From contig CAWHDZ010000016.1 of the NCBI GenBank assembly GCA_963828255.1, forward strand, positions 64,001 through 128,000: DNA of 64,000 nt, given 5' to 3'. Each line of letters opens with the position of its first letter. Position 1 is the first letter of the stretch. Under the pieces are notes generated by a model, which saw only the letters and a program-made list of their open reading frames with translations, was not told where the DNA came from and ran no database searches. Shown here piece after piece: positions 1-9,278 of the stretch. The position numbers were made by a program, and so were the translations under genes. Origin of the DNA: an uncultured delta proteobacterium (lineage in GTDB: Bacteria; Myxococcota; Myxococcia; Myxococcales; Anaeromyxobacteraceae).

Positions 1-165
1 ATCGATCTGATGCGCGAGATGAACCGGCGCGACGGGACCACCTTCATCTTCTCCACCCACGACCCCAAGGTGATGTCCCACGCCAGCGCCATCGTCCGGC
101 TCGAGGACGGGCGGGTGGTGGGGCGCGAGACGGCCCAGGGGGCAGGGGGAGACGAGGCACGGTGA
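1..165 (+). CDS. ABC transporter ATP-binding protein, LolD/MacB-like (C-terminal fragment, 5' truncated)
   Basis: Frame 1 reads IDLMREMNRRDGTTFIFSTHDPKVMSHASAIVRLEDGRV..., with the H-loop (STHD) and a typical LolD C-terminus. The stop overlaps the next GTG. Confidence 0.85.
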   Translation: MDLMREMNRRDGTTFIFSTHDPKVMSHASAIVRLEDGRVVGRETAQGAGGDEAR

Positions 166-2303
166 GCACCACCTCCTCCCGCGTGCGGCAGGGGCGGATC
201 CTGCTCGAGATGGCCATGCGCAACCTGGTCGCGAGCCGGGTGCGCACGCTGGTCGTGGGCGGGATCGTGGCCCTGGGCGTGGTCGTCGTGGTCCTGGGAA
301 GCTCGCTCCTCGACTCCATCGACGTGGGCATGACCCGCAGCATCCAGGACAGCCTGGGCGGCCACGTGCAGCTCTACAACGCCGCCTCGCGCGACCCGCT
401 GGCCCTCTACGGCGGGACCATGGGCGAGTCGGTGCTCGAGCCCATCGAGGACTTCGCGCGGCTCAAGGCGGCGGCGCTCTCCGTGCCCGGCGTGAAGCAG
501 GTCGTCCCCATGGGCATCGACCAGGCCATGGTCTCGATGGGGAACGTCTTCGACGTGGCGCTGGAGCGGCTGCGCGCCGACGTGCGCCGCCGCCTCGACC
601 AGGGCGCCCCCGCCGAGGACCCGGACTACGAGGCCCACAAGGACCACCTGCGCCGCATGGCCACGCTGCTCCAGCAGGAGCTCCGCCAGGCACGCGAGAT
701 CGCCGACGAGACCTCCGGCGTCTACAAGGACCGAAAGGCCGACTTCGACGCGCTGGAGCAGGCGGTGCAGGGCGGCTTCTGGGGCCAGTTCGACCGGGAC
801 CCCCTGGCCTCGCTCGAGTTCCTGGAGAACCGGGTGGCCCCGCTCTCCCTCGACGGCGGCTTCACCTTCATCCGCTACGTGGGCACCGACCCGGAGGCCT
901 TCCAGAAGGCCTTCCCGGGGGCGCAGGTGGTCGAGGGCGCAGCCATTCCACCCGGCCAGCGCGGCGTGCTGCTCGGCAAGCTCTACGCCGAGGAGTGGCT
1001 CAAGCTCCGGGCGGCCCGGCGGCTCGACAAGATCAAGGAGGCCCGCGAGCTGCACGGCCGCAAGATCGCCGGGGACGAGGAGCTGCAGCGCTGGGTGAAG
1101 GAGAACACCGGCCAGACCCGCGACATCCTGCTCCAGCTCGACCCGGTCAAGACCCGGGAGGCGGTGCGGCGGCTCCAGGCGGCGCTGGGATCCCAGGAGA
1201 CCGATCCGGCCCGGCTCGTGTCCGAGCTCCTCGACACCGACGACCGGAACTTCGACGAGCGCTACCGGATCTTCTACGGGCAGCTGGCTCCCCTCCTCCA
1301 GCTCTACACGGTCAAGGTCGGCGACTTCATCACCATCAAGGCACCCTCGCGCAGCGGCTACGTGAACTCGGTGAACGTCCCGGTGTACGGCTTCGTGGAG
1401 TTCCGCGGGCTCGAGCGCTCGGCGCTGGCCGGGATGATGAGCGTCATGGACATCCACTCCTGGCGCGACCTCTACGGCTACCTGACGCCGGAGCGGGCCG
1501 CCGAGATCAGGAAGCTGAAGGAGCGGGCCGGGGTCACGGCGGTGGCCCGGGAGGACGCCGAGGCGGCCCTCTTCGGCGAGGGCGCTCCCGCACCGGCGGC
1601 GGCGGCCGCGCCCCGGGCCGTGGACGAGGAGGGGCTGCTCGCCGGAGCGAGCGGGCGGCAGTCCCGCGAGGACCTCTTCCAGCGCCGCTACACCCCGGCC
1701 GAGACCGACGCCGGCGTGGCGCTCAACGCGGCGGTGATCCTCGACGACCCCCGCCGCATCGACGAGATCATGCCGAAGCTCGTGGCGGCGGCGGCCGGGG
1801 CGGGGATGAAGGTCAAGGCGGTCACCTGGCTCGAGGCGGCCGGCATCGTGGGCCAGTCGATGGGGCTGCTCCGCATGGTGCTCTACCTGGCCGTGCTCAT
1901 CATCTTCGCGGTGGCGCTCGTCATCATCAACAACGCCATGGTCATGGCCACGCTCCAGCGGGTGAAGGAGATCGGCACCATGCGGGCCATCGGGGCGCAG
2001 CGCCGCTTCGTGCTGGTGCTGGTGGTGGTCGAGGTGGTCACCACGGGCCTGGTCTTCGGCGGGCTGGGCTCTGCGCTGGGAATCCTCATCGTCCACGCCG
2101 TCGGCTGGACCGGCGGCATCGCCGCCACCAACGACACCATGTACTTCCTCTTCTCCGGCCCGGCCCTCATCCCGCGGCTGGGCACGGCCAGCCTGGTCAC
2201 CTCGGTGGTCATCGTCTTCCTGGTGTCGATCCTCTCGGCCCTCTACCCCGCCGCGCTGGCCATGCGGGTGACGCCGCTCGAGGCCATGCAATCGGACGAC
2301 TGA
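162..2303 (+). CDS. FtsX/LolE-like ABC permease with enlarged periplasmic domain (713 aa)
   Basis: N-terminal 'MAMRNL...RT' plus a TM helix; C-terminal FtsX motif QRVKEIGTMRAIGA with three TMs; ends 'PLEAM'. Confidence 0.9.
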   Translation: MSTTSSRVRQGRILLEMAMRNLVASRVRTLVVGGIVALGVVVVVLGSSLLDSIDVGMTRSIQDSLGGHVQLYNAASRDPLALYGGTMGESVLEPIEDFARLKAAALSVPGVKQVVPMGIDQAMVSMGNVFDVALERLRADVRRRLDQGAPAEDPDYEAHKDHLRRMATLLQQELRQAREIADETSGVYKDRKADFDALEQAVQGGFWGQFDRDPLASLEFLENRVAPLSLDGGFTFIRYVGTDPEAFQKAFPGAQVVEGAAIPPGQRGVLLGKLYAEEWLKLRAARRLDKIKEARELHGRKIAGDEELQRWVKENTGQTRDILLQLDPVKTREAVRRLQAALGSQETDPARLVSELLDTDDRNFDERYRIFYGQLAPLLQLYTVKVGDFITIKAPSRSGYVNSVNVPVYGFVEFRGLERSALAGMMSVMDIHSWRDLYGYLTPERAAEIRKLKERAGVTAVAREDAEAALFGEGAPAPAAAAAPRAVDEEGLLAGASGRQSREDLFQRRYTPAETDAGVALNAAVILDDPRRIDEIMPKLVAAAAGAGMKVKAVTWLEAAGIVGQSMGLLRMVLYLAVLIIFAVALVIINNAMVMATLQRVKEIGTMRAIGAQRRFVLVLVVVEVVTTGLVFGGLGSALGILIVHAVGWTGGIAATNDTMYFLFSGPALIPRLGTASLVTSVVIVFLVSILSALYPAALAMRVTPLEAMQSDD

Positions 2304-3610
2304 TGATCGCCACCGACCTCTTCATCGCCGCCCGCAACCTGGCCCGCCACACGCGGCGCAACGTGCTGCTCGCCTCGGCCATCGCCGTGGTGACCGCGAT
2401 GCTGGTGCTGCTCGGCGGCCTCACCACCGGGATGCGCGAGGCCATGCTCCACTCGGCCACCACCCTCATGACCGGCCACGTGAACCTGGCGGGGTTCTTC
2501 AAGATCACGAGCGGCACGGCCGCCCCGGTCGTGGCCGGCTGGGAGAAGCCCTGGGACGCGGTGAAGGACAAGATCCCCGAGCTGGTCTACGCGGCGCCGC
2601 GCGGCCGCGGCTGGGCCAAGGCGGTGGCCGACGGCGGGTCGATGGACCTCATCCTGGCCGGGGTGGAGCTCGACCGGGAGCCCGGGTTCCGCAACGTCAT
2701 CCAGGTGGTGGAGGGCAGCATCGACGAGCTCGGCAAGCCGGGCACCATCCTCGTCTTCGAGGACCAGGCCAAGCGACTCGGGGTGAAGCCCGGCGACACG
2801 CTGACCCTCTCCGCCCCCACCACCCGCGGCGCCAGCAACACCGCCGACGTGCGTGTGGGCGCGGTGGCCCGCAACATCGGCCTCCTCTCCGCATTCAACG
2901 CCTTCATCCCGGCCGAGACCCTGCGCCAGCTCTACCAGATGAAGGCCGGGACCACCGGCGCGGTGCAGCTCTACCTGAAGGACGCCGACGACTCGGCCAA
3001 GGTGGCGGCCCGGCTCCGCGACGCCCTCCGGGAGGCCGGATACAGGGTCATGGACGCCGACCCCCAGCCCTACTGGCAGAAGCTCATGTTCAAGGTGAAC
3101 GCCGAGGACTGGACCGGCCAGAAGCTCGACGTGACGACCTGGGAGGACGAGATGAGCTTCCTCTCCTGGATCGTCACCGCCGTGACCTGGCTGGGCAACG
3201 TCCTCGTCACCGTGCTCATGGTCATCGTGGCGGTGGGCATCGTGAACACGCTGGCCATCGCCATCCGGGAGCGGACCCGGGAGATCGGCACCCTGCGCGC
3301 CATCGGCATGCAGCGCACCCAGGTGCTGCGCCTCACCCTCATGGAGGCCTTCCTCCTGGGCCTCGCCGGGGCGCTCCTGGGAGCGGCCCTCGGGGCCGTG
3401 GTGGGCGCGGGAATCAACGCCGCCTCCATCGAGCTTCCCGAGACCATGCAGTACTTCCTGCTGCAGCGGAACCTGCACCTGGCCATCCACCCCGGGCAGG
3501 TGGCCGTCTACGTCGCCTTCGTGACCGCGCTCACCACCGTCGCCGCCATCTGGCCGTCGGCCTATGCCGCGCGGATGCGGCCGGTCACCGCCATGCACCA
3601 CGCCGGGTGA
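2303..3610 (+). CDS. FtsX/LolE-like ABC permease (435 aa)
   Basis: Real start is ATG 2303 (TGATG overlap): MIATDLFIAARNLARH...; ERTREIGTLRAIGM motif. It is the 3' part of track ORF 995..3610. Confidence 0.9.
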   Translation: MIATDLFIAARNLARHTRRNVLLASAIAVVTAMLVLLGGLTTGMREAMLHSATTLMTGHVNLAGFFKITSGTAAPVVAGWEKPWDAVKDKIPELVYAAPRGRGWAKAVADGGSMDLILAGVELDREPGFRNVIQVVEGSIDELGKPGTILVFEDQAKRLGVKPGDTLTLSAPTTRGASNTADVRVGAVARNIGLLSAFNAFIPAETLRQLYQMKAGTTGAVQLYLKDADDSAKVAARLRDALREAGYRVMDADPQPYWQKLMFKVNAEDWTGQKLDVTTWEDEMSFLSWIVTAVTWLGNVLVTVLMVIVAVGIVNTLAIAIRERTREIGTLRAIGMQRTQVLRLTLMEAFLLGLAGALLGAALGAVVGAGINAASIELPETMQYFLLQRNLHLAIHPGQVAVYVAFVTALTTVAAIWPSAYAARMRPVTAMHHAG

Positions 3611-4386
3611 ACTCCATGCGAATCCTCCCCCTCCTCCTGCTCGCCCTCCTGCTCGCCCCGCCTTCGGCGCGCGCCCTCGACCAGGCCGGGACCGACCGGG
3701 TCATCCGCAACATCGACGAGATGGAGCGCTCCGGGGGGGACTACAAGGCCCTCGCCTACATGGAGGCCAAGGAGAAGGACAAGACCGACGTGGTCTACGA
3801 ACTGCTCGCCTACCGGCGCTCCGGGGACCAGAAGCTCATGTTCCTCTTCCTGGAGCCCAAGTCGGAGGCGGGGAAGGGCTACCTGCGCATCGAGAAGAAC
3901 CTCTGGTTCTACGACCCGCGGGTGGGACGCTGGGAGCGGCGCACCGAGCGGGAGCGCATCGGCGGGACGGACACGCGCCGGGGAGACCTGGACGAGTCGC
4001 GCCTCTCCGAGGAGTACGCCGCCACGTGGGAGGCAGACGAGAAGCTGGGCAAGTTCGAGGTGCACCGCATCCTGCTCAACGCCCGGCCCGAGGTGGACGT
4101 GGCCTTCCCCACTGTGCGACTCTGGGTGAACAAGGAGAACGGCGTGGTGCTCAAGCGCCAGGATCTGGCCCTCTCCGGCCGCCTCATGCGCACCGCCTAC
4201 TACCCGCGCTGGAAGAAGGTCCGCAGCGAGTCGAAGAAGGGCGACGTCTGGTTCGCCGAGGAGATGCGCATCTACGACGAGGTCGAGAAGGCCAACCAGA
4301 CCCTCATCCTCATCAAGTCGGTGGACACGCGCCCGCTCGAGGCCAACCTCTTCACCAAGGCCTGGCTCGAGTCCAAGAGCCGGTGA
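3607..4386 (+). CDS. Outer-membrane lipoprotein-sorting protein (LolA-like fold)
   Basis: Signal peptide; FLEPKSEAGKGYL..NLWFYDP and 'FTKAWLE' end, typical of this family; sits after the Lol-type permeases. Start may be ATG 3616. Confidence 0.8.
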   Translation: MNSMRILPLLLLALLLAPPSARALDQAGTDRVIRNIDEMERSGGDYKALAYMEAKEKDKTDVVYELLAYRRSGDQKLMFLFLEPKSEAGKGYLRIEKNLWFYDPRVGRWERRTERERIGGTDTRRGDLDESRLSEEYAATWEADEKLGKFEVHRILLNARPEVDVAFPTVRLWVNKENGVVLKRQDLALSGRLMRTAYYPRWKKVRSESKKGDVWFAEEMRIYDEVEKANQTLILIKSVDTRPLEANLFTKAWLESKSR

Positions 4387-5734
4387 TGACGCGCGCCGCC
4401 CTCGCCCTCCTGCTGGTCCTCGCCGCCTCGCCGGCCCTGGCCCAGGACCGTCCCAGCGAGCAGGACATGTTCGAGACCGCCAGCCCGCAGCCGGAAGGCT
4501 TCGGAGCGCCAACGGCGCCCCCCGATCCCTTGAAGATCGGCGGGATGCTGTACCTGCGTCTCGACTCGCAGTGGCAGCAGGGGGTGCCGCCGTCGGCGTG
4601 GCTCCTCACCTCGCCCAACCTGCTCGACCTCTACGTGGACGTCCGCCCCAACGACCGGGTGCGCGCCTTCGTGCTGGGGCGCGCCCAGGTGAACCCGCTC
4701 GTGCCGGAGGGTGTCCAGTCCGCGGTCTACGGCCAGCTCCTCGCCACGCAGGTGGTGCTCGACCAGGCCTGGATCCGCTTCGACGTGGAGCGCGCCGTCT
4801 TCGTCACCGTGGGCAAGCAGCAGGTGACCTGGGGGGTGTCCCGCTTCTGGAATCCCACCGACTTCCTGCACTTCCGGCCGCGTTCCCCGCTCTCCACCTT
4901 CGACCAGCGGCAGGGGGAGTGGATGCTGAAGCTCCACGTCCCCTGGGAGAAGAACGGCTGGAACTTCTACGCCATCGCCCTCTTCAGCGGGAACCAGGTG
5001 GTGGACCAGCTGGGCAAGGTGGGCGGGGCGCTGCGCGCCGAGGTGGTGCTGGGGCCGCTGGAGGTGGCCGGGGCGATCGTGGCCCGCTCCGGGACGCTGC
5101 CGCGGCTCGGCCTGGAGGCCACCTGGGCGCTCTGGGAGCTCGACTTCTACGGGGGCGCGTCGCTCGGGAAGGGAACGCCCACCGGCCTCCCGCAGTGGGA
5201 GATGCTGACGCCGCCCGACTGGCAGGCGGACCCCCCAAACCCCGGAACCTACCAGGCCTACCAGCCCGGCTTCGCCCCCCAGGTCTCCGGGGGCGTCTCC
5301 TGGACCTGGAAGTACGACGACCTGCACACGCTCACCGTGGGGGCCGAGTACTTCTACAATTCGCTCGGATACGCCGACTCGGCCATCTACCCCTGGCTCA
5401 TCGTGAACGAGCAGTACGATCCGTTCTTCGTGGGGCGGAACCAGGTGGGGCTCTACCTGCTCCTGCCCAAGCCCTTCAGGTGGTACGACACCACCTTCAT
5501 CCTCTCCACGCTGGCCAACCTGACCGACCGCACCTTCATCAGCCGCATCGACTACTCCGTGCTGCTCATGACCTACCTTCGCGTGGAGGCCTACGCGGCG
5601 GTGCACTACGGCGCCGCGGGGGGGCCTTCCGCTTCGCCATCGACGTCCCGGCCTTTCCGCCCTATCTTCCGGAACCGGTGAGCATCCAGCCGCCCGTCGC
5701 CGATTTCGGGGTGGCGCTGCGGGTCAGCCTGTAG
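4386..5734 (+). CDS. Putative outer-membrane beta-barrel protein (apparent frameshift at G7 5618-5624)
   Basis: ATG 4386 signal peptide MTRAALALLLVLAASPALA; amphipathic strands; GKQQVTWG...WNPTD motif. Adding one G gives the barrel-like end ...ADFGVALRVSL (stop 5734); the uncorrected stop is 5681. Confidence 0.75.
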
Positions 5735-5755
5735 AGTGCAACCAGGAGGCATCCC

Positions 5756-6142
5756 ATGGCCGAGTTCCGGATCCAGAAGAAGACCAGCCTCACCTTCGAC
5801 CAGGCGCTCGCCCGGGCGCAGGAGGCGCTCAAGGCCGAGGGGTTCGGCATCCTCACCCAGATCGACGTGCAGGCGACGCTGAAGGAGAAGATCGGCGCAG
5901 AGTTCCGCCCCTACCGCATCCTGGGCGCCTGCAACCCCAAGCTGGCCTTCCGCGCGCTCACCTCCGAGCTCGAGGTGGGGGTGATGCTGCCCTGCAACGT
6001 CATCGTCTACGAGGGGGACGACGGCAAGGCGGTGGTGACGGCGATCGACCCCATGGCCACCATCGCCGCCACGCACCCGGGCCTGAACGTCATCGCCGGC
6101 GAGGTGAAGTTCGCGCTCCAGCGGGCGCTGTCGGCGGTGTGA
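5756..6142 (+). CDS. DUF302 domain protein
   Basis: GFGILTQID, YRILGACNP and GVMLPCNV motifs; AGGAGG RBS. Confidence 0.9.
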   Translation: MAEFRIQKKTSLTFDQALARAQEALKAEGFGILTQIDVQATLKEKIGAEFRPYRILGACNPKLAFRALTSELEVGVMLPCNVIVYEGDDGKAVVTAIDPMATIAATHPGLNVIAGEVKFALQRALSAV

Positions 6143-6192
6143 GGCCGCGCGGCGCTGGACCTGCTTCCCGCTTTCCATGTGAGGATGGAGGG

Positions 6193-7167
6193 ATGACGAT
6201 CCGAATGACCGCGCTCAGGCTGATGGCCCTCACCATGACGGGCTGCGCCACCGTCTCCCAGCCCCCCGTGCCCCTCGAGTCGCCGGTGCCCAAGGCGCAG
6301 CAGATTTCGGCCCAGGCCAGCCTCGCCGTTCCAGCCACCAAGCGCTACAAGACCAAGGTCTCCATCGCCCGGTTCACCAACGAGACCAATTACGGGCGGT
6401 CGCTCATGTACGACGCCGACCTGGACGTCATCGGCAAGCAGGCATCCGACATGCTGGCCTCGCGCCTCATCGCCTCCGGCAAGTTCGTGGTGCTGGAGCG
6501 GCCCGACCTCCAGAAGGTCGCGAAGGAGCAGGAGATCGCCGGGCAGGCCTCGCTGGTGGGGTCCGACACGGTGATCATCGGCTCGGTGACCGAGTTCGGC
6601 CGCTCGGTGGGAGGGCAGTCGGGCTTCCTCTCCAGCACCAAGGTGCAGACCGCCAAGGCCAAGGTGGACATCCGGCTGGTGGACGTGAAGACCGGGCAGG
6701 CCTACTTCTCCGCCACCGGCGCCGGCCAGGCCAGCACCGAATCGGGCGAGATCGCCGGCTACGGCAGCCGGGCCGACTACGACGCCACGCTGAACGACAA
6801 GGCCATCGGCGCCGCCATCACCGACGTCATCGACCGGCTGGTCTCCAAGCTCGCGGACCGCCCATGGCGAAGCTACGTCCTCGACGTGCAGGGCCCCCAG
6901 GTCTTCGTCGCCGGCGGGAAGTTCCAGGGGCTCCGCCCCGGGGACACACTGCTGGTGATGGAGCCGGGCAAGACCTTGAAGAGCCAGCAGTCGGGCTTCG
7001 ACGTCGCCCTCCCGCCCACCCAGGTCGGGACCCTCGAGGTGGTGAGCCTGTTCGGGGACTCGGAGACCAACGAGGGGTCGGTGTGCAGGATCACCTCGGG
7101 TGCGCTCGACAAGGGGCGCGCCGGTTCGGTCTTCGTCGCCGCTCCCGCCAACGGAGGCACGCCGTGA
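6193..7167 (+). CDS. CsgG/HfaB-family lipoprotein with C-terminal FlgT-C-like domain
   Basis: Lipobox (MTGC); RFTNET, SGKFVVLER, GSVTEFG and VDIRLVDVKTG motifs of the CsgG fold. Start chosen at ATG 6193. Confidence 0.85.
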   Translation: MTIRMTALRLMALTMTGCATVSQPPVPLESPVPKAQQISAQASLAVPATKRYKTKVSIARFTNETNYGRSLMYDADLDVIGKQASDMLASRLIASGKFVVLERPDLQKVAKEQEIAGQASLVGSDTVIIGSVTEFGRSVGGQSGFLSSTKVQTAKAKVDIRLVDVKTGQAYFSATGAGQASTESGEIAGYGSRADYDATLNDKAIGAAITDVIDRLVSKLADRPWRSYVLDVQGPQVFVAGGKFQGLRPGDTLLVMEPGKTLKSQQSGFDVALPPTQVGTLEVVSLFGDSETNEGSVCRITSGALDKGRAGSVFVAAPANGGTP

Positions 7168-7466
7168 AGACCCTCGCCCCGTCCATCGCCGCCGCGCTCC
7201 TGCTGGCCGGCTGCGCCATGCCGTCCACCACGGTCCGCACCACCGACACCCGGCCCAGCATCGCCATCGAGGGGGGCAGGCCCGGAACGGTGCTGCTCGT
7301 GGACGGGCAGCTGGTCGGCGACGCCGCCTCCTACAACGGGAAGCCGCTGGTCCTGCGCCTGGAGCCGGGGACGCACGAGGTGGAGATCCGGGCCCAGGAC
7401 GGGAAGCTCCTCTTCGCGCAGAAGATCTTCGTGGAGAGCGAGCTGAAGGTCATCCAGGTGCACTGA
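7164..7466 (+). CDS. Small lipoprotein, PEGA-like beta domain
   Basis: GTG 7164 (GTGA overlap); VKTLAPSIAAALLLAGC lipobox; 'LLVDGQLVG...LEPGTHEVEI' PEGA-like pattern. Confidence 0.75.
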   Translation: MKTLAPSIAAALLLAGCAMPSTTVRTTDTRPSIAIEGGRPGTVLLVDGQLVGDAASYNGKPLVLRLEPGTHEVEIRAQDGKLLFAQKIFVESELKVIQVH

Positions 7467-7476
7467 GGAGGCCAAC

Positions 7477-7878
7477 GTGTCCCGATCCCTCGTCGCAGCG
7501 GTCGTGGTCGCAGGGCTGGCCGCCTCCGGGTGCGCCGGCAAGGTCACCACCTACCGCTGGGGCAACTACGACGAGGTCCTCTACTCCCACTACAAGCACC
7601 CCCAGGAAAGGCAGGCCTACGTGGCCAGCCTGAAGACCATCATCCTGGCGGCGCAGCAGGAGGGGAAGACGGTTCCGCCCGGGATCTACGCGGAGTACGG
7701 ATACGCGCTCTACGAGGAGGGCAACGCCCCCGAGGCCATCAAGTACTTCGAGCGGGAGCGCGACACCTGGCCCGAGTCGCGGGTCTTCATGGAAAAGATG
7801 ATCGCCAACGCCCGCCGCCTGCCCCCGCCGCCACCCGCGGCGCCCGCCTCGGAGCTCGAGAAGGCGAGGCCGTCATGA
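7477..7878 (+). CDS. DUF4810-family lipoprotein
   Basis: Lipobox ASGC; YRWGNY, VPPGIYAEYG and FERE..WPES motifs. Confidence 0.85.
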   Translation: MSRSLVAAVVVAGLAASGCAGKVTTYRWGNYDEVLYSHYKHPQERQAYVASLKTIILAAQQEGKTVPPGIYAEYGYALYEEGNAPEAIKYFERERDTWPESRVFMEKMIANARRLPPPPPAAPASELEKARPS

Positions 7879-8558
7879 TGCGCCGCCTCCTGCTGGTCCT
7901 CCTGGCCGGGCCCGCCCTCCTCTCCGGGTGCGCCACCGTCCCCCCCGGCGCGTCGTACGAGAAGTTCGTGGCGGCGAACCCCCGGTCGATCCTGATCGTC
8001 CCGGTGGCCAACAAGTCGGTGGACGTGGACGCACCGGCCTACTTCCTCTCCACGCTGCCCGTTCCCGTCGCCGAGCGCGGCTACTACGTCTTCCCGGTCA
8101 ACGCCGTGAAACGCGTGCTGGAGGACGACGGCCTGTCCGACGCCTTCCTGGTCCACCAGGCGGACCCCATGCGCCTCGCCAGCCTGTTCGGCGCCGACGC
8201 GGTGCTCTACGTCACCATCGAGCGCTGGGACGCGCAGTACATGCTGATCTCCACCTCGGTGACGGTGGAGTTCGACTACGTGATGAAGGACGGGAAGACC
8301 GGCGACACCATCTGGACCAACCACCAGAAGATGACCTACAGCCCCTCCTCGTCGGGAGGAGGGGGCGGGCTCGGGGCGATCATCGCGGCCGTCGTGAGCG
8401 CGGCCATCGAGAAGGCGGCGCCCAGCTACATGCCGCTGGCCCGGCAGGCCAACGATGCGGCGGTGGAGTTCCCCGGCCCCGGCTTCCCTGCCGGCCCGTA
8501 CCGTGCCGAATACCGGCGCGACCTCGCGCCGGCCCCGGGGGCGAAGCCGGAGAAGTAG
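7875..8558 (+). CDS. DUF799 (GNA1162-like) lipoprotein
   Basis: ATG 7875; lipobox LSGC; PRSILIVP, ERGYYVFP, FGADAVLY and PAGPY motifs. Confidence 0.85.
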   Translation: MMRRLLLVLLAGPALLSGCATVPPGASYEKFVAANPRSILIVPVANKSVDVDAPAYFLSTLPVPVAERGYYVFPVNAVKRVLEDDGLSDAFLVHQADPMRLASLFGADAVLYVTIERWDAQYMLISTSVTVEFDYVMKDGKTGDTIWTNHQKMTYSPSSSGGGGGLGAIIAAVVSAAIEKAAPSYMPLARQANDAAVEFPGPGFPAGPYRAEYRRDLAPAPGAKPEK

Positions 8559-9125
8559 GAGGGCGCGGGGCGGAAGCCGAAGGGGGAGGAGCCCGAGCTT
8601 CCGCACGTCGCGCGGCCCTGTCTCTCCCGTCACCACCCCGTGCACGTCACGCTGCGCGTGCGCCCCCAGGTCTGGAACCTGCGCTCACGGCGGGGAATGG
8701 CGGTCGTCGAATCCGCCCTGCGCGGCGCCGCGCTTCGCCCCGGCTTCCGCCTGGCCCGCTTCAGCGTGCAGGGGAACCACGTCCACGTCGTCGTGGAGGC
8801 GGCGACCGCCGCGGCGCTCACGTCCGGGATGAAGGCGCTGGCGATCCGCCTGGCCAGGGGGATGAACCGGCTCATGGGCCGGCGCGGGCCGGTGCTGGAG
8901 AACCGCTACCACGCCCACGTCCTTCGGGCCCCGGCCGAGGTGCGCCGCGCCCTCGCCTACGTCGCCGACAACTTCGCGGGCCACGCGCTGAGACGGGGGG
9001 AGGCCGTGCCCGAGGGCTTCAGGGATCCGTTCGCTTCCGAGCACCGTCCGGACCTCGTCACCGTTCCGAGGTCCTGGCTTCTTCGGAGGGCGATGACATC
9101 CGCCGAATCAAGTGACGGGAAGTGA
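8559..9125 (+). mobile_element. REP-associated tyrosine transposase (RAYT)-like HUH/Y1 transposase; first start codon GTG 8640, homology appears to extend back to 8559
   Basis: HVTLR, HUH motif NHVH, RYHAHVL and catalytic-Tyr helix ALAYVADN; the in-frame upstream segment GAGRKP...PHVARP has no start codon. Confidence 0.75.
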
Positions 9126-9170
9126 AGCAGGGGCAACGGGTTGGCTGCGGGCAGGAGGAAGAGAGGACAC

Positions 9171-9278
9171 ATACCCTCATCCGAAGGTGAAGTGGCCGCC
9201 CGGATGAAATGAGGCCGGCCCCGACGTGGGACCGGCCCCGGTGCGCTTCGATCGATCGCCCCCCGGTGAGGAGGGTAT
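9171..9278. repeat. 108-bp inverted-repeat/structured element (REPIN/MITE-like or ncRNA candidate)
   Basis: Terminal ATACCCTC/GAGGGTAT; internal stems TCATCCG/CGGATGA, GGCCGG/CCGGCC and CCGG/CCGG. Confidence 0.45.

Noticed and set aside
995..2302. N-terminal extension making an 871-aa permease (likewise extensions on hypF, hypE, M49, mlaF and carbonic anhydrase)
   Set aside because: The extensions overlap upstream genes; internal coupled starts, RBSs or signal peptides define the true starts.
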